This document shows positions 63,301 to 64,000 of a stretch of 64,000 nucleotides of DNA, piece by piece. The position numbers and the translations under genes were made by a program. The notes below the pieces were generated by a model that had not been told where the DNA came from, did no database searches, and was given only the letters and a program-made list of their open reading frames with translations. The stretch covers positions 15,562,001-15,626,000 of the forward strand of contig CM060731.1 of assembly GCA_030704615.1 (NCBI GenBank), read 5' to 3'. Every line of letters begins with the position of its first letter. The first letter of the stretch is position 1. The DNA is from Takakia lepidozioides (Eukaryota > Plantae > Bryophyta).

Positions 63301-63503
63301 CTCTCCCCCCAACCAAGGTTTTGGTTAGTAGTATTGTACACCCCCCCCCCCCTACTCCCTATCAGTGCTGGGTGATTCCCCATATGTCATGCCTTTATGG
63401 CCCCTAAGGAGGTTATTTTTTCTTCCTCTCTGTTCTCATTTTGACGCTCCAATAAAGTTTTTTGCAGGGCCTCAATCCCTTTCTTAAAAAAAAAAAAAAA
63501 AAA
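60361..63503 (+). mobile_element. L1-like non-LTR element with ORF1 only (DUF4283/RRM-like plus decayed zinc knuckle) and poly(A) tail
   Basis: From ATG 61031: MGRGFYTVKFGSKEEADRAL...IFPWSP...LPFLP...IGAHFG; CFECTG**HV*ADC at 61846-61887; AATAAA at 63451 and poly(A) 63486-63503; no endonuclease or RT motifs. The 5' boundary is approximate. Confidence 0.75.
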
Positions 63504-63787
63504 TTCCTGATCAGTGGGGACCGGAGTGATGATACATTCATCTCCAAACAAGAGAGACGAGAGACTCCAGACTCCAGACCGCCAGATCTGGAGGTTTTTC
63601 TAACTCTGGTGAGGCCAAGCGAACCATGGTTACTTGGCCACGGGTAGGGCAAAGCCTTGGGGCCTTCTCTACCTGTCATTGCTATATACTTCCTCCTGCC
63701 TTGTCCTTCAAGCCATCGTCGGTGACAGGGTCTGAAGATTTGGGTAGTTCTCATTGAGGGGAGGTAGCTTTGATAGGCCTTACAAAG

Positions 63788-63981
63788 ATGGCAGGAGATG
63801 AGGAAAAGGATGTGCGAGAAGTGGCAGAAGTAGCAACTCCATCAGCAGCTGTGGAAGAAACAGAGGAGGTCAGCAAAGGGGTCGACGAGGAGGATACAGG
63901 GGCTCAGGTGGCTCCTATTGTAAAGCTGGAGGAAGTTGTCATTAGCACCGGGGAAGAGAACGAAGATGTTCTTCTTGATAT
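63788..63981 (+). CDS. RANBP1: Ran-binding protein 1, first coding exon (gene continues beyond the window)
   Basis: MAGDEEK...DEEDTGAQVAPIVKLEEVVISTGEENEDVLLD(M) followed by a GTGAG donor at 63982; matches the plant RanBP1 N-terminus. Confidence 0.88.
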
Positions 63982-64000
63982 GTGAGGCTGGATCTTGCTG

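Overview
Eukaryotic, transposon-dense 64 kb window. The spliced plant-type genes and repeat types suggest a non-seed land plant, probably a bryophyte (inference). Main contents: (1) a 9.9 kb Ty3/Gypsy-type retroelement (48013-57950, 4-bp TSD AACT) whose polyprotein carries a DNMT3-like C5 cytosine methyltransferase between protease and RT, plus a PHD finger after integrase; a second, 5'-truncated family member lies at 5566-8762. (2) A different Gypsy element (14209-36133, minus strand, TSD CCCT) with an extra upstream ORF, a -1 frameshift signal and a dUTPase-like domain. It was invaded by a ~13.7 kb CACTA transposon (TSD GTC) and then rearranged by a ~4.9 kb inversion (19299-24236) that can be reconstructed almost to the base. 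(3) None of the three Gypsy copies has a conventional LTR pair; they show split A...B-(2 nt)-A-B termini with a palindromic end-to-end junction. (4) The CACTA TnpA-like gene appears fused to an FCP1/NIF-like HAD domain. (5) Host-like sequences: a frameshifted fungal-type AAA+ ATPase, an FPA-like SPOC pseudogene, SET and SNF2 fragments, and RanBP1 exon 1 with nested LINE remnants just before its ATG. Also a Copia gag remnant, an hAT MITE and tandem repeats. Nearly all TE ORFs are decayed. All calls come from manual motif reading; no database search was run.
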